A stretch of 64,000 nucleotides of DNA from NCBI RefSeq assembly GCF_001194135.2, contig NC_068985.1, positions 23,208,191 through 23,272,190 of the forward strand, written 5' to 3'. A model generated the notes under the pieces. The model was not told where the DNA came from. It did not search any database and saw only the letters and a list, made by a program, of their open reading frames with translations. Every line of letters begins with the position of its first letter. The first letter of the stretch is position 1. The position numbers and the translations under genes are program-made. This stretch comes from Octopus bimaculoides. Lineage: Eukaryota. Shown here piece by piece: positions 51,321 through 63,850 of the stretch.

Positions 51321-51329
51321 AGCACACAC

Positions 51330-51612
51330 AGAGTGCAAACCTCCACCAAGACAACACCAACTTTCTCTCAATAATTAGCCAGAGATGATTTTTAAAATGA
51401 GAATATCTGAAATAAACTCCACTGCTCTCACAAATGAGAATACTAAAAATGGTCACAAGACCAAAAAATGGTCACGGGACCAAACATCCCTGAAAGTTTC
51501 ATCCAAATCCATCCAACGGTTCTTGAGATATTTTGTTCACAGACAAACAAACAAACAAACAAACAAACACGACTGAAAACAATACCTCTGCCTTCGCCAA
51601 GGCAGAGTTAAT
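51330..51612 (+). mobile_element. Helentron-associated (HINE/DINE-1-like) element
   Basis: aagtttcatccaaatccatccaacggttcttgagatat core, (CAAA)n, and a perfect 9-bp 3' hairpin ctctgcctt-cgcc-aaggcagag (51586-51607); 5' boundary uncertain. Confidence 0.55.
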
Positions 51613-51938
51613 AATGATAATAATAAAAGAAGTGCAATAGAATTAGTACATATGTTTATTATCAGCATAATGGCCCTCCCAGGATACAACAAAAAGATGA
51701 GATTAACAGAGTAACAATCCAAAAAAATCATACACTTTGTCAGTACTCACAAAGGATTAAATTCTAGACCCCTAATATATAACAAAATACTGTAAAATAG
51801 ATAATCAAGTTTTATATTGTTTTAGTCACTACTACTAGCCTTAAAAATAAAAAGGTTTTTATAAAGAAACAAACAAAAGTCCCCAGATTAGTATGGGAGG
51901 AAAATCTGAAAAGTTATGTCCTTTCAGTTCATTTGCAG

Positions 51939-52147
51939 TAAAACCCATTAGCATTCAGACCAGTGAAATCCAACCAAAATATTTAACTTGTTTCATGTTC
52001 AAACTGATTAGATCTGGCCTCTCACCTCAACCCTACAATGTCATTCTAAAATTAAGCAGCTGCAACATTGAAACCTATAAACTAGAAGGCAGTGCATGAT
52101 AAATTCAAAACAATATAAATAGAGTAATCTGAATGCTAAAGGGTTAA
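51939..52147. mobile_element. piggyBac-type MITE family 2
   Basis: TIR-like CCCATTAGCATTCAGA ... TCTGAATGCTAAAGGG followed by TTAA. Confidence 0.6.
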
Positions 52148-53514
52148 ATGAAGTGGGATGGCTGGAAATAAGAACCAAAACTGAGATATAGGCTCAGTTC
52201 AAAAATATCTTTTCTTAACCTATTGATATTTGCCCTGTGTTATAATATTCATTTCTGACATTGACAGAAGATCACATATTTGTAAGGGAGAAGATAAAAA
52301 GGGAAGTGAATCAACCACAATCAGCATAATTCATTAAATGACATTATCAATGCAGATTTCTATGAATATCATGAAAATTCCTGTGTAATAAAACTGTGCT
52401 GCTACCCATGCCTTTGACATTATAATGATGAAGATATTAATTTTTGTCTGGCAGTTATTGAAGGAAGCAGTGCACTCGATATTTCATTGATAACAGCATG
52501 CTTATTTGTGCTTATTCTATGAACCCTTATGAGATAAAAGGTAAAACTAATATGAATATAAACATTGAGCATTGAAAGATAAAACTAAATTCTGTTAGGC
52601 ATGTAGTCCATTTACCTACTGATAAACATTATAAACATTTACACTATCAAAGAAACCTTGTCATAATATTTTTAACTAAATTTTTTTTCATTTTCTAAGC
52701 TGGCATAAATTGGATAAATCATTTGGCAAAAAACCAAATCTGAAATCAGCATAAAACTTGTGGCATAAACTGGGTCACAACCAATTATGTAAAGGGTGTG
52801 TTACAATTTTATGCATTAAGACATGTATTTGGAGCCAATTCAATTTCATTTTCCTTTTTCACTGGAATGGCAGAATAGAGGTGCTTTCTTACTGTGCCAT
52901 GTTTTGTCATCTGGTTTTAATTCCCAATTGTATTTTATATTCCTAAAGCTTTTGAAAAGGCATGAATGCCATTCAATATCATTTCTTCTCCACCCTAAAT
53001 CAAAGGGTAATTGTCCATTCATCAAATTAGTATTATGTTTTTAAAATTAATATTATTGTTATTTTTTTGTTGTTGTTAATGTTGTTGTTGTTGTTGCTAC
53101 TGCTGCTGTTGCTGTTAATGAAAGGATGGCAGTCTTAGGAAAATACTGGATAAAATGCTTTTCAGTATTCAGTTACATATTTTGACATTCTGAGCTGAAA
53201 TCCTGCCAGAGTTGATATTGCCTTTCATTTTTCCAGGTCAATGGGGTTGAATGAATCGATTATATTCCCCACCTCCACTTAAACAGTATGACTCAGTGTC
53301 TAATTTAGAAATTATTACTATTATTATCATCATCCTCATCTTGTGTTGAGAGGATTGCATCACTACCATCCTCATTTTTTTAGATTGATGTTTAACCACG
53401 TATACTTCATTTCTTTATTTTTTTATCATCCCATTCTATGTAAATCCTCACCATTTATATCCGTCTTTGTATTGTCCTCCTCATCCATTGCCCTGATGGC
53501 AAATAAAGAAATCA

Positions 53515-53613
53515 TTATCATTCTTCTTCTTCTTCTTCTTCTTCTTCTTCTTCTTCTTCTTCTTCCTTTTATTCTTCTTCTTCTTCTTCTTCCTTTTATT
53601 CTTCTTCTTCTTC

Positions 53614-53646
<33 letters not shown>
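53515..53646. repeat. (CTT)n + (TTA)n microsatellite
   Basis: Direct observation. Confidence 0.95.
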
Positions 53647-53648
<2 letters not shown>

Positions 53649-54200
53649 TAGTTTTATTTTTATAATGTGCTTTCACTTCACNNNNNNNNNNNNNNNNNNN
53701 NNNNNNNNNNNNNNNNNNNNNNNNNNNNNNNNNNNNNNNNNNNNNNNNNNNNNNNNNNNNNNNNNNNNNNNNNNNNNNNNNNNNNNNNNNNNNNNNNNNN
53801 NNNNNNNNNNNNNNNNNNNNNNNNNNNNNNNNNNNNNNNNNNNNNNNNNNNNNNNNNNNNNNNNNNNNNNNNNNNNNNNNNNNNNNATAGGAATTGTTTC
53901 TGTTTTTAGATTCCACATTCGAGTTACCTCTATTTCCAGGTCTTTGTATTTTGAAAGTTTCTCCATTTCTTTTAGGGAAACATTGGTATTGATACATCAA
54001 TTAGAAAGCATTCTTTTTCTTCATGATTTCTGACAACTATACCTGGCCTATTGGCCTTAATTTCTCTATCTGTGTGTATTGGCATATCCCAGAATATGGT
54101 TGCTTTCTCGTTTTCTGTGACCTTTTCTGGCGTGTGCTTATACCATCTTTTTTCTGTTGTTATTCCATAGTGTTGGCATAGCTTCCAGTGTATATATTAT
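53617..54200 (-). mobile_element. R4/NeSL-type (restriction-like endonuclease) LINE 3' fragment
   Basis: IHWKLCQHYG, WYKH.PEKV.EN, ANRP.IVV, LIDVSIP, EKLSKYKDLEIE..RMW.LKT.TIP; (AAT)n at its 3' end. Confidence 0.85.
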
Positions 54201-55231
54201 TATTATTGTTATTATTATTATTATTTAGAAGGCGGTGAGCTGGCAGAATCATTAGCATGTTGGGCGAAATGCTTAGCAGCATTTCATCTGCCTTTACATT
54301 TTGAGTTCAAATTCCACCGAGGTTGACTTTGCCTTTCATCCTTTCGTGGTTGATAAATTAAGTACCAGTATTACTGCCCCAGTGTCTTGTAAAACTGGAG
54401 ATAAGGTGAAGGTTAGATAGGAATGACAAATTGTCAGAGACAGCAAAAAAAGAAAGGAGGTGCAGGAAAAGAGAAGCAAGCCTAGACCAAAAAGACAAAC
54501 AAGATGCACTAGGAGAGACCCATCTTCCCCTTGGATAACATGAAACTCACAGTTCTTAGAATCAGTAATATCATCTGAAATACCTGAAAGAGTATGCAGA
54601 GAATAATGTGTTTATTGAGGCAAGAGTCAGGACCAGGTTTTGTGGTGTGCTGAAGAGAACCAAATGAGCAATCTATGAAGAACATTGTCATCATCATCAT
54701 CATCATCATTTAATGTCCACTTTCCATGCTGGCACAGATCGGACAGTTTTACAGAAGCTGGCCAGCTAAGGTGCTGCTAAGGTTCCAGTTGTCTATTTTG
54801 GCATTGTTTCTACAGCTGGATGCCCCAAGATTTTCATGTGAAAGTTTCAGAGGATGTAGCCAACTCTAAACCTAGTCTAGCACTAAGAATATTCATGGGC
54901 ATTTCAGAAGTTTTAGTTTCCAATACTAGATGTAAAAGGTTGTTGGTGGGATTGTGTGGTGCCTGAACAAACCTAGGTGGGGATTTCTCATCCATATGTG
55001 GTTGGGTTGTCTTGTTGGTTATTACATTTCTATTTATATACTTATGTGTATACTTATTGTTTATTTTGGGTAATTTATGTTAGCTGATTAATTCTAATGT
55101 CTTAATATATTGCATAATGTAAGGTGACAAGCTGGCAGAAATGTTAGCATGCCGGGTAAAATGCTTAGCGATATTTTGTCTGTCTTTACGTTCTGCATTC
55201 AAATTCTGCTGAGGTCAGCTTTGCTTTTCAT

Positions 55232-55707
55232 TGTAGTGGCACAAGCAGTCAGCACCATATTGGATGAGATCTCGCGGCAGTCATTGCCATCTTTGAGACT
55301 GGAGTGAGACCTCACCTGCATCCATTGCCATGCGTGAGATCACAATGAGGCTCGTGATGGCAAACTGGATATAAGGGCCCAGCAAACAGAATTCTATCTC
55401 TTTTTCACCGCAAGCGCTTGCTGAACATACTTCGCTGGCTGGGTCTCCAGGCTAGTCTGCATGTCGTATCTCCAGAGGCAATGGCCCTCGTAACAAAGAT
55501 ACAACCAACGCACACAGCTTGAGATGGCATACGGAGAGCAACACACTTCACCTTCGGTGTAACTTGTAAATAAAATTAGTTGAGAATTTGCATTTTACTT
55601 AAGACTTCTTTCCTCGCCTGCTGGAGCCTGAAACAACACAAAGAACAAAAATTAATGGGAGAAAGTGATATTCAGCCAATATCATGAACCTTGCCTCCCA
55701 TTATACA
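55232..55707 (+). mobile_element. Probable solo LTR inserted in a SINE
   Basis: 476-bp insert with TGTA...TACA ends, TATA-like ggatataag and AATAAA; splits a SINE copy; TSD not clean. Confidence 0.55.
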
Positions 55708-57154
55708 TCCTTTCAGTGTCAATAAATTAAGTACCAGTTGCATACTGGGGGCAATCTAATTGACTGGTCCCCTCCCCCAAAATTTCAGGCCTTGTGCCTA
55801 GAGTAGAAAAGAATATATTCCATAATGTTTTCGTAAACCTCATAATTTCTTTATATATATAACTGCATATATACCCACATGTTTTCAACTATCTCTTTGA
55901 AATACATTTTGCATGAAAGGATCTTGACAGTATATTAAATAAAAGGTCATCATCATCATATTCTTCTTCTTCTTCTTCTTCTTCTTCTCCCCCCCCCCCA
56001 TCCTCCTCCTCCTCCTTCTTCTTCTTTTTCTTCTGCTTTGTTAGAAATTAGAATCTTGATGAAATCAATAAAAAAGATTTACAAAAATATATTTCATCAT
56101 TAAAGGAATTACACCATAGAGCAAAAAAATGCTGCATTTTTATTCCATGACCCACAGACAGAGGCAAGAATGGTATGTAACTTATGCCAATAAAATAACA
56201 AACATGAAATCTTAGAATACTCCCAGTGAGAAAGTACAGCCTATTCCCTTAAGTTATTTAAATAATATGTTTATAAAGTTACACACACACATATATATAT
56301 AGGTACATACATGCATGTGTACATACATACATACATACACATGCATACATACATACATACATATGTACACACATATACACATACACATACATACATACAC
56401 ATGCACATACATACATACACACACATTCACATACATAATACATACATACATAATACATACATACATACATACATACAGTAAACCCTTGGTTTAAGAGACC
56501 TCGATTTAATAGATTTCAGATTTCATGGACCAAATGATTGTAATACAATGCTTTAATAAAGTTTGAAAAGTTAAAAATTATATGAAAGAGTAAACAAAAG
56601 ATATAAACTTTCTATAGAGAGAGAGAGGGGATTGAGAGGGGGAGAGAGAGAGAGGGGATTGAAAGGGGGAGAGAGAGAGAGAAGTAAGCATTTTTTTATT
56701 TGTTTATTTTCCTTAGAGCAATATGAAAGGGACTAACAGAAAAGTATAAAACAGTGACAAGTAAAAGCAGCAAGTCACCATCATCATTTAACGTCTGTTT
56801 TCCATGCTGGCATGGGTTAGATGGTTTGACTGGAACTGGTAAGCCGGAGAGCTGCACCAGGTCCCAGATTCTTTTGGCTTGGTTTCTATGACTGGATGCC
56901 CTTCCTAACACCAACCACTCCACAGAGCATACTGGATGTTTTTTTGCATGTCACCAGCACAAGATACTTTAATGTGTCACTGGCAAGGGGTTACTTAATA
57001 CAAGTCAGCGGCATGGGGTGCCTTCTACATGTCACCAGCACGGGGTGCCTCTTATGCATCACTGGTATGGGGTGCTTTTATGTGACACCAGCAAGTAGTG
57101 AATTGAATGAGAGAACGGTTGGGTATTGCGAGAAAGAGAGAGCGAGAGAGAGAA

Positions 57155-57201
<47 letters not shown>

Positions 57202-57427
57202 GAGAGAGATGGACTCTGTGTTACCTTCAGTTTACTGGATCATTCAACAGTAACACTATAATTTTGTTTCTTAATGAAGTATACTATGTATACTTCAGCT
57301 GTTTTCCTTATATTGTATCCCATGTATACTTGTATGTATTTATTTTTTTCCCTCTTATCCTGCCTCACTAAATAAATTCCACTATTAGTCTATTAAATTC
57401 AGAGTTAACTATATATGTGTGTATGTA

Positions 57428-57510
57428 TGTTGTGGTGGTGGTGGTGACAGCATCGGCAGTGGTGGTGTTGGTGGTGGTGGTGGTGGTGGTGGTGGTAGTA
57501 GTAGTAGAAA

Positions 57511-57543
<33 letters not shown>

Positions 57544-57576
57544 CAGCAGCAGCAGCGGCGGCGGCAGCAGTAGCAC

Positions 57577-57612
<36 letters not shown>

Positions 57613-57806
57613 NNNNNNNNNNNNNNNNNNNNNNNNNNNNNNNNNNNNNNNNNNNNNNNNNNNNNNNNNNNNNNNNNNNNNNNNNNNNNNNNNNNNNNNN
57701 NNNNNNNNNNNNNNNNNNNNNNNNNNNNNNNNNNNNNNNNNNNNNNNNNNNNNNNNNNNNNTGGTGGTGGTGGTGGTGGTGGTGGTAGTAGTAGTAGTAG
57801 TAGTAT
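57428..57806. repeat. (GGT)/(AGT)/(AGC) compound microsatellite spanning a gap
   Basis: Direct observation. Confidence 0.95.
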
Positions 57807-58159
57807 TTGGAGAGAATTTCTTCAGGCAAGATTCAGTTTGGGCTTGTTCCAGGCGGGGGTGGGGGAAACTGGTGATGCCTTCTTAGTCAGACAACTGCAG
57901 GAGGAAGTTTTTCATTCAGAATTTGTCTCTGCCTTTCATCTTCTATCGCTTGCTTGTTTCAGTCATTAGACTGTGACCATGCTGGAGCACCATCTCCAAC
58001 AATTTTTTTATTGAATGAATTGACCAACCAATTTTTTTTTTAACAGCCTGGTACCTGCTCTATCACTCTCTTTTATCAAACAGCTGTTTCTGTGATGTAA
58101 ACATAGACACAAAGACAACAGACAGACACACACACACATACAAACACGCATGCACGCAT

Positions 58160-58202
<43 letters not shown>

Positions 58203-58289
58203 CACATATATACATGCTCAATAGCCACTTTGCTCAATAGCTACTTCTGATGTCATTCTCTCACAAATCAGCCGCATAAATATGAATAC

Positions 58290-58965
58290 ACTATTCCCAT
58301 TCCTGCCAAAACTATTTCCCTGTCTTCAAATTCTTAATTGCTTTATCTACCTGGGTACTGTCAATTTGAATAACTAGTCCTTCAATTGGGCCAACCTTTG
58401 GCAGACTCTCCCCCTCCCATTCATCAGTCTTTCATAATAGCATCTCCAAGCCTCTTTCTTTGCACAATCATTAAACACAAGGCCACCATCATCCATGCGA
58501 ACACATTTCTCTCCTATGACATCACGGTTTTCTCTCACACACTGCCTTGCAATCCAAAATACATCACTTCTTTAGTCCTCATGTTGCTGAACATTGGCAA
58601 ACTTCTTCTTTTCTGCTACTCCCTTGGCTATATATACCTGTCTCCTAGCTTCCCTTTTGGCTATCTGATACATTCTCCTGCTACCCCCACTCTTCCAGGC
58701 CTTCCAAGCCTGTTTCTTTGTTCTAATGGTCCTGTCTACAGTATTGTTCCACCACCATGTTACCCTAGGTCTGGAAGGAACTTTGCACTGGCCACAGATT
58801 TGGTCTGTGGCACTCAGCAAGCTGTCTTGCAGGAATTCTCAACTGCCTTCTATATCACAGTTCTGTAGCTCCTCCTCCCTCTCATCAAATTTCTCGATAA
58901 GGATATCCCTAAATCTCTGACCATGTGAAGGGTTCTTAAGTTTCCAAGTCCTTCTTTTCTAAATT
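58290..58965 (-). mobile_element. RTE-like LINE fragment (endonuclease-RT linker)
   Basis: PRVTWWWNNTVDRTIRTKKQAWKAWK motif, homologous to 28400-28800. Confidence 0.85.
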
Positions 58966-59707
58966 GGTCCGCTATGTATGAGTATATATACATACACACA
59001 GATATATATGTATATTATCTAATTTACGTATTTTAGTTTTAATTTATTAGACTTTGAAATTATTTAGATTTTAAATTTCCAGTAAATGTTTATAATACAG
59101 TTAATTTTTTATTATGATTAAAGCTAAAATACATTTTGATTTTATAAATAAAACTTAAATACATATTTATATATCTCTTTATTCTATTACTTTTCTTTAC
59201 ACCATATTTTCATGCGAATTAATTCTAATAAACGCTAAGTTAAAAGTATAACGTTTAAAATTCGATAAGATAAGTATTGCATTTATTTTCAGTAATATTG
59301 TTAAATGCTTTTATTTTATTTATTGGTAAAATAAGTATTTTTATATAAATTCATTTGATATTTATTGTTAGTCAATATATATACATTCATTTTATTATTA
59401 TTATTGTATTTTGACCTGAAGATTAGATATATTTTTGAATAGAATTGATTTTCGATCGATTTATTTTGAACCGATTTGATTTTTATTTGATTTTCTATTT
59501 GAAAATATGGTTATGAAACACGTGNNNNNNNNNNNNNNNNNNNNNNNNNNNNNNNNNNNNNNNNNNNNNNNNNNNNNNNNNTATTTATTACTTTGTACTT
59601 TTTAAAATTTTTATTATAGGTCTTTTTAGTGTATTTACTTATTACATTTTTCTATATGTGATTGTGGATTTTCATGGATGAATTCAATAATTGTGGTTTT
59701 CTTCTCT

Positions 59708-59748
<41 letters not shown>

Positions 59749-60544
59749 CATCTGTGAATTGCAGTTCTGCTCATTAACGATGTCATGCAAATGGTACCTG
59801 TGAATCATAATCATGGTCATTGCTGGTACCTTGTAAAGGGCACACATGAATTGCAGTTGAGGTCACTGCTGGTGCCATGAAAATGACACCTGTGCAACAT
59901 AGTCGTGGTCATTGCTAATGCCATATAAATGGCACCCATGAATCATAGTGATGGTCATTGCCGGTGACATGTAAATGGCACCTGTGCTGGTAGCACATAA
60001 AAGCACCCATTACACTTCTGGAGTGGTTGGCATTAGGAAGGGCATCCAGCTGTAGAAACCGTGCAAAATCAGACTGGAACCTGGTGCAGCTCTTCAGCTT
60101 ATCAGCTCCAATCGAACTGTCTAACCTATGCCAGCGTGGAGAGTGGATGTTAAATGATGATGATGATAGTGACCGGGACCTTTGGCGATATACTGTGCTT
60201 GAGAAGACTCATCAAACCAAGTGAAAACATAGTCATAGTCGATGCTGGTGTCACACGACTGGCACCTGTGCCAATAATACATTGAAAGCATGAATTATGC
60301 TCTTGGAGTGGTTGGGTTAGGAAGGGTGTGCAAAATCAGACTGGAACTCAGTGATCGAGACTGGAATAAAATTGTAATTACAATTTTATTCCAGTCTTGA
60401 TCACAACTATCCGATGAGCAGGAACACAAAACTTGCAGTCACAGTTTTTTGTGATGTTTGCAACTTTAATAAAAAAACATTGTACTACCTTTCGTATTCA
60501 AGTACTGTTTTTTCCCACCTTGTTTTGCATTTATGTGCTTATTC

Positions 60545-60587
<43 letters not shown>

Positions 60588-61484
60588 NNNNNNNNNNGTG
60601 TGTGTATGTGTTTGTGTGTGCGTGTGTGTGGCCAAAACTTTGAAATCACTATCAATAGTATTCTTGTTAAGAATTAAAGAATTATAATTTGTACTCTACA
60701 AACATATGGAGCAATCCTTGTTCTATTAGGACTGAACATAAAAACCAACATTAATATATCTGTATGTGTGTGTGTGTGTGTGTGTTTGCATGTATGTAAA
60801 TATATATATAATGCATATACACACATATCCACACACACACATACACATACATATGAATTAAAGAGAAAAAGAGAGAAAAGTTGAGATAAGTATAATTTCT
60901 CTATAAATAGCTCATGACATTCTATTTACTTCATTGGTTTCTCTTCAATGTGTAGCAAAGATAACAATTTAACTATGAAGGTCGAGCTGGCACAAATATA
61001 AGACTTCTGGATCAGATGCTCTACAGTATCTAATTTTATACTTCCCATTTCTACTTCCAAATCACAATGCCTCTCTCTTTTCTCATTCTCCCATTCCTTT
61101 TTCTCCATCACACTCTCCCATTCCCCTTCTGTATATCTCCCCTCTCTCTCTCTCTTTCTCTGGGAGGGTGAGATGAAAAAATAGTCTTCGAAGTCAATCT
61201 ATCATATCACTTCCTTATTTGTAGATATAGAAGATCCATATTAATTTATGCTAAAATATTTTGGGCATGATAGAATGAGATCACTATCACAAAGAGATTC
61301 CCTCAATCATTGTTACTTTCGCATCTAAAACATTGTTGCCAACAGAGGCATGCTTCTTATCAAAGCTTATTTGGGTGAATTGAAATTAGTCAACAAGGCA
61401 GGGTGGGTGGGTGAATGTTCATGTCTTTGTTGCACGATTTCTGCTAAGTGAAAGAAGTATTTTCTTTGTTTCCTGACTTAAGAT

Positions 61485-61555
<71 letters not shown>

Positions 61556-62038
61556 CATGTGTAAAGACATTCGAGCGAGATCGTTGCCAGTGCTGCTGGA
61601 CTGGCTCCTGTCCAGGTGGCACGTAAAACACACCATTTTGAGCGTGGCCGTTGCCAGTACTGCCTGACTGGCCTTCGTGCCGGTGGCACATAAAAGCAAC
61701 CACTACACTCTCGGAGTGGTTGGCGTTAGGAAGGGCATCCAGCTGTAGAAACTCTGCCAAATCAGATTGGAGCCTGGTGTAGCCACCTGGTTCACCAGTC
61801 CTCAGTCATATCGTCCAACCCATGCTAGCATGGAAAGCGAACGTTAAACGATGATGATGATGATATATATATATATATAACAGGCTTCTTTCAGTTTCCA
61901 TTCTACCAAATCCACAAAAATGGTTTTAGGAGAAGGCACTTCCCCCAGATACAATACAATAGGATTAAACTCAAAACCATGGGGGCTAGGTGGCACACTT
62001 ATTAACCACACAGCCATACCCATATGGCAAATATACTT

Positions 62039-62381
62039 CATGATTCTGTGCTGCTACTGTTTACTTCTCACTCAGAGATTTATTATTGCTTGTTTCTCCT
62101 TTTTCAAGATCAGCGACAGTTTGTCACTGGAAAAAGCATATACTATTTTGCATTTGGAATCAGTTCTCATTGCTAGCTGGTGATTATCACACACTGATGA
62201 CAGGTTACTACCCAGAAACCTGGTCTGTGTGTATCCTATAAGGCTAGAGATGGGAATATTGATTTCCCTTTGCAAATACTAATTGGACACAGACAGTGTG
62301 TTGTTAGCCAGCTGGAGGAGATGTCTTCCTGGGGCTATAAACAACAGTAGCATCGTCTCCTATGGGTCCACCACATTTAGG
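62039..62381 (+). mobile_element. Retrozyme-like non-autonomous element carrying the hammerhead
   Basis: 343-bp non-coding insert flanked by exact 14-bp direct repeats TGGCAAATATACTT (62025-38, 62382-95); long imperfect helix around the ribozyme. Confidence 0.55.
62188..62231 (+). ncRNA. Type I hammerhead ribozyme motif
   Basis: CACACA-CUGAUGA-(CAGGU UACU ACCCA)-GAAA-CCUG-GUC-UGUGUG: intact core, perfect 6-bp stem I, GUC cleavage triplet; stem II has two mismatches, both explained by CpG transitions. Confidence 0.7.
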
Positions 62382-62589
62382 TGGCAAATATACTTTACAA
62401 TCATCATCATCATCGTTTAACATCCGCTTTCCATGCTAGCATGGGTTGGACGATTTGACTGAGGACTGGTGAACCAAATGGCTGCACCAGGCTCCAGTCT
62501 GATCTGGCTGAGTTTCTACAGCTGGATGCTCTTCCTAATGCCAACCACTCCAAGAGGTGTAGTGGGTGCTTTTACATGCCACTGTCACA

Positions 62590-63175
62590 TGGATCAGGTG
62601 ATGAAATTCATGGAGAGGGTCCTAGTCCAACTAATTAGGGAGAGAGTTAGTCTAGATGACATGCAGTTTGTGCCAGGGAGAAGCACCACTGATGCTTTAT
62701 TTCTTGTAAGACAGCTGCAGGAGAAATTCCTGGCCAAAAATAAACCTCAGTACCTGGCTTTTGTTTACTTGGAGAAAGCCTTTGACAGGGACCCCAATCC
62801 CTTATCTGGTGGTCAATGAGGAAGCTAGGGATAGATGAGTGGTTGGTGAGAGCTATACAAGCTATGTACAGGGCTGCTGTCAGTAAGGTGAGGGTTGGCA
62901 ACAAGTATAGCAAAGAATTCATGGTACAAGTAGAAGTTCAGCAAGGTTCTCAGCCCCCTCTTGTTCATCATAGTCCTCCGGGCAATAACAGGAATTCAAG
63001 ACAGGCTGCCCCTGGGAGCTCCTCTATGACTTGTTCTTATAGCTGAATCACTACCAGAACTAGAAAAAAAGTTTCAGGTATGGAAGCAAAGTTTAGAATC
63101 GAAGGGCCTTAGAGTTAACATAGCATAAACCAGCCTTAGTAAGTAGGAAGGCAGACAAATTACAAATCCCTTCAG
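62590..63175 (+). mobile_element. RTE-like LINE RT fragment
   Basis: GRSTTDALFLVRQLQEK, EKAFDR, MRKLGIDEWLVRA, QQGS motifs. Confidence 0.9.
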
Positions 63176-63850
63176 GTGTAAAGACTTATCTTTGGTTATG
63201 TATTTCTCCTGAAGCTGCCTTACCAGAAATATAGCATCAGTGGTGCTTCTCCCTGGCACAAAACCAAACTGCATCTCATCTAGACTAACTCTCCCCCTAA
63301 TTAGTTGGGCTATGAGTCTCTCCATAACTTTTATCACCTGATCCAACAATTTAATACCTCTGTAATTATTTCTATCTAAGGCATCACCTTTACCTTTGTA
63401 GCATTTGACTATGATGCTGCTATACCAGTCATTGGTATGACTCCTTTGTGAACCACCTGATTTACAACCCACACCATAACCCACACTGCCCAATATTTTA
63501 AGCATCTCAGCGGTGATTCCTGATGGGCTGGGGGCTTTCCCTGTCTTCATATCCTTAATGGCTTTATCTTCCAAGGTACTGCCAATTTAGGTCAACATTT
63601 GACAGATTCTCCTCCTCTCATTCATTTTTCACATTCAGCAGTCTTTCATGATGGTATTTCCAAGCCTCTTTCTTTGTGGAAGCATTAAATGCAAGTGCAC
63701 CATCATCTATGTGGACACATTTCTGTCCTATGACGTCACAATTTTTTCTCACACACTGTTGCCTTCTATGTCACAAGTCTGTAGCTCCTCCTCCCTCTCA
63801 TCAAATTTCTCGATTAGGATATCCCTAAATCTCTAACCATATGAAGAGTC
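63176..63850 (-). mobile_element. RTE-like LINE fragment (pre-RT and RT start)
   Basis: MKTGKAPSPSGITAEML, YKGKGDALDRNNYRGIKLLD, QFGFVPGRSTTDAIF. Confidence 0.9.

Noticed and set aside
59495-59524. TTGAAAA...GAAACACGTG, another possible hammerhead remnant
   Set aside because: Core has two mismatches and the 3' part is lost in an N gap
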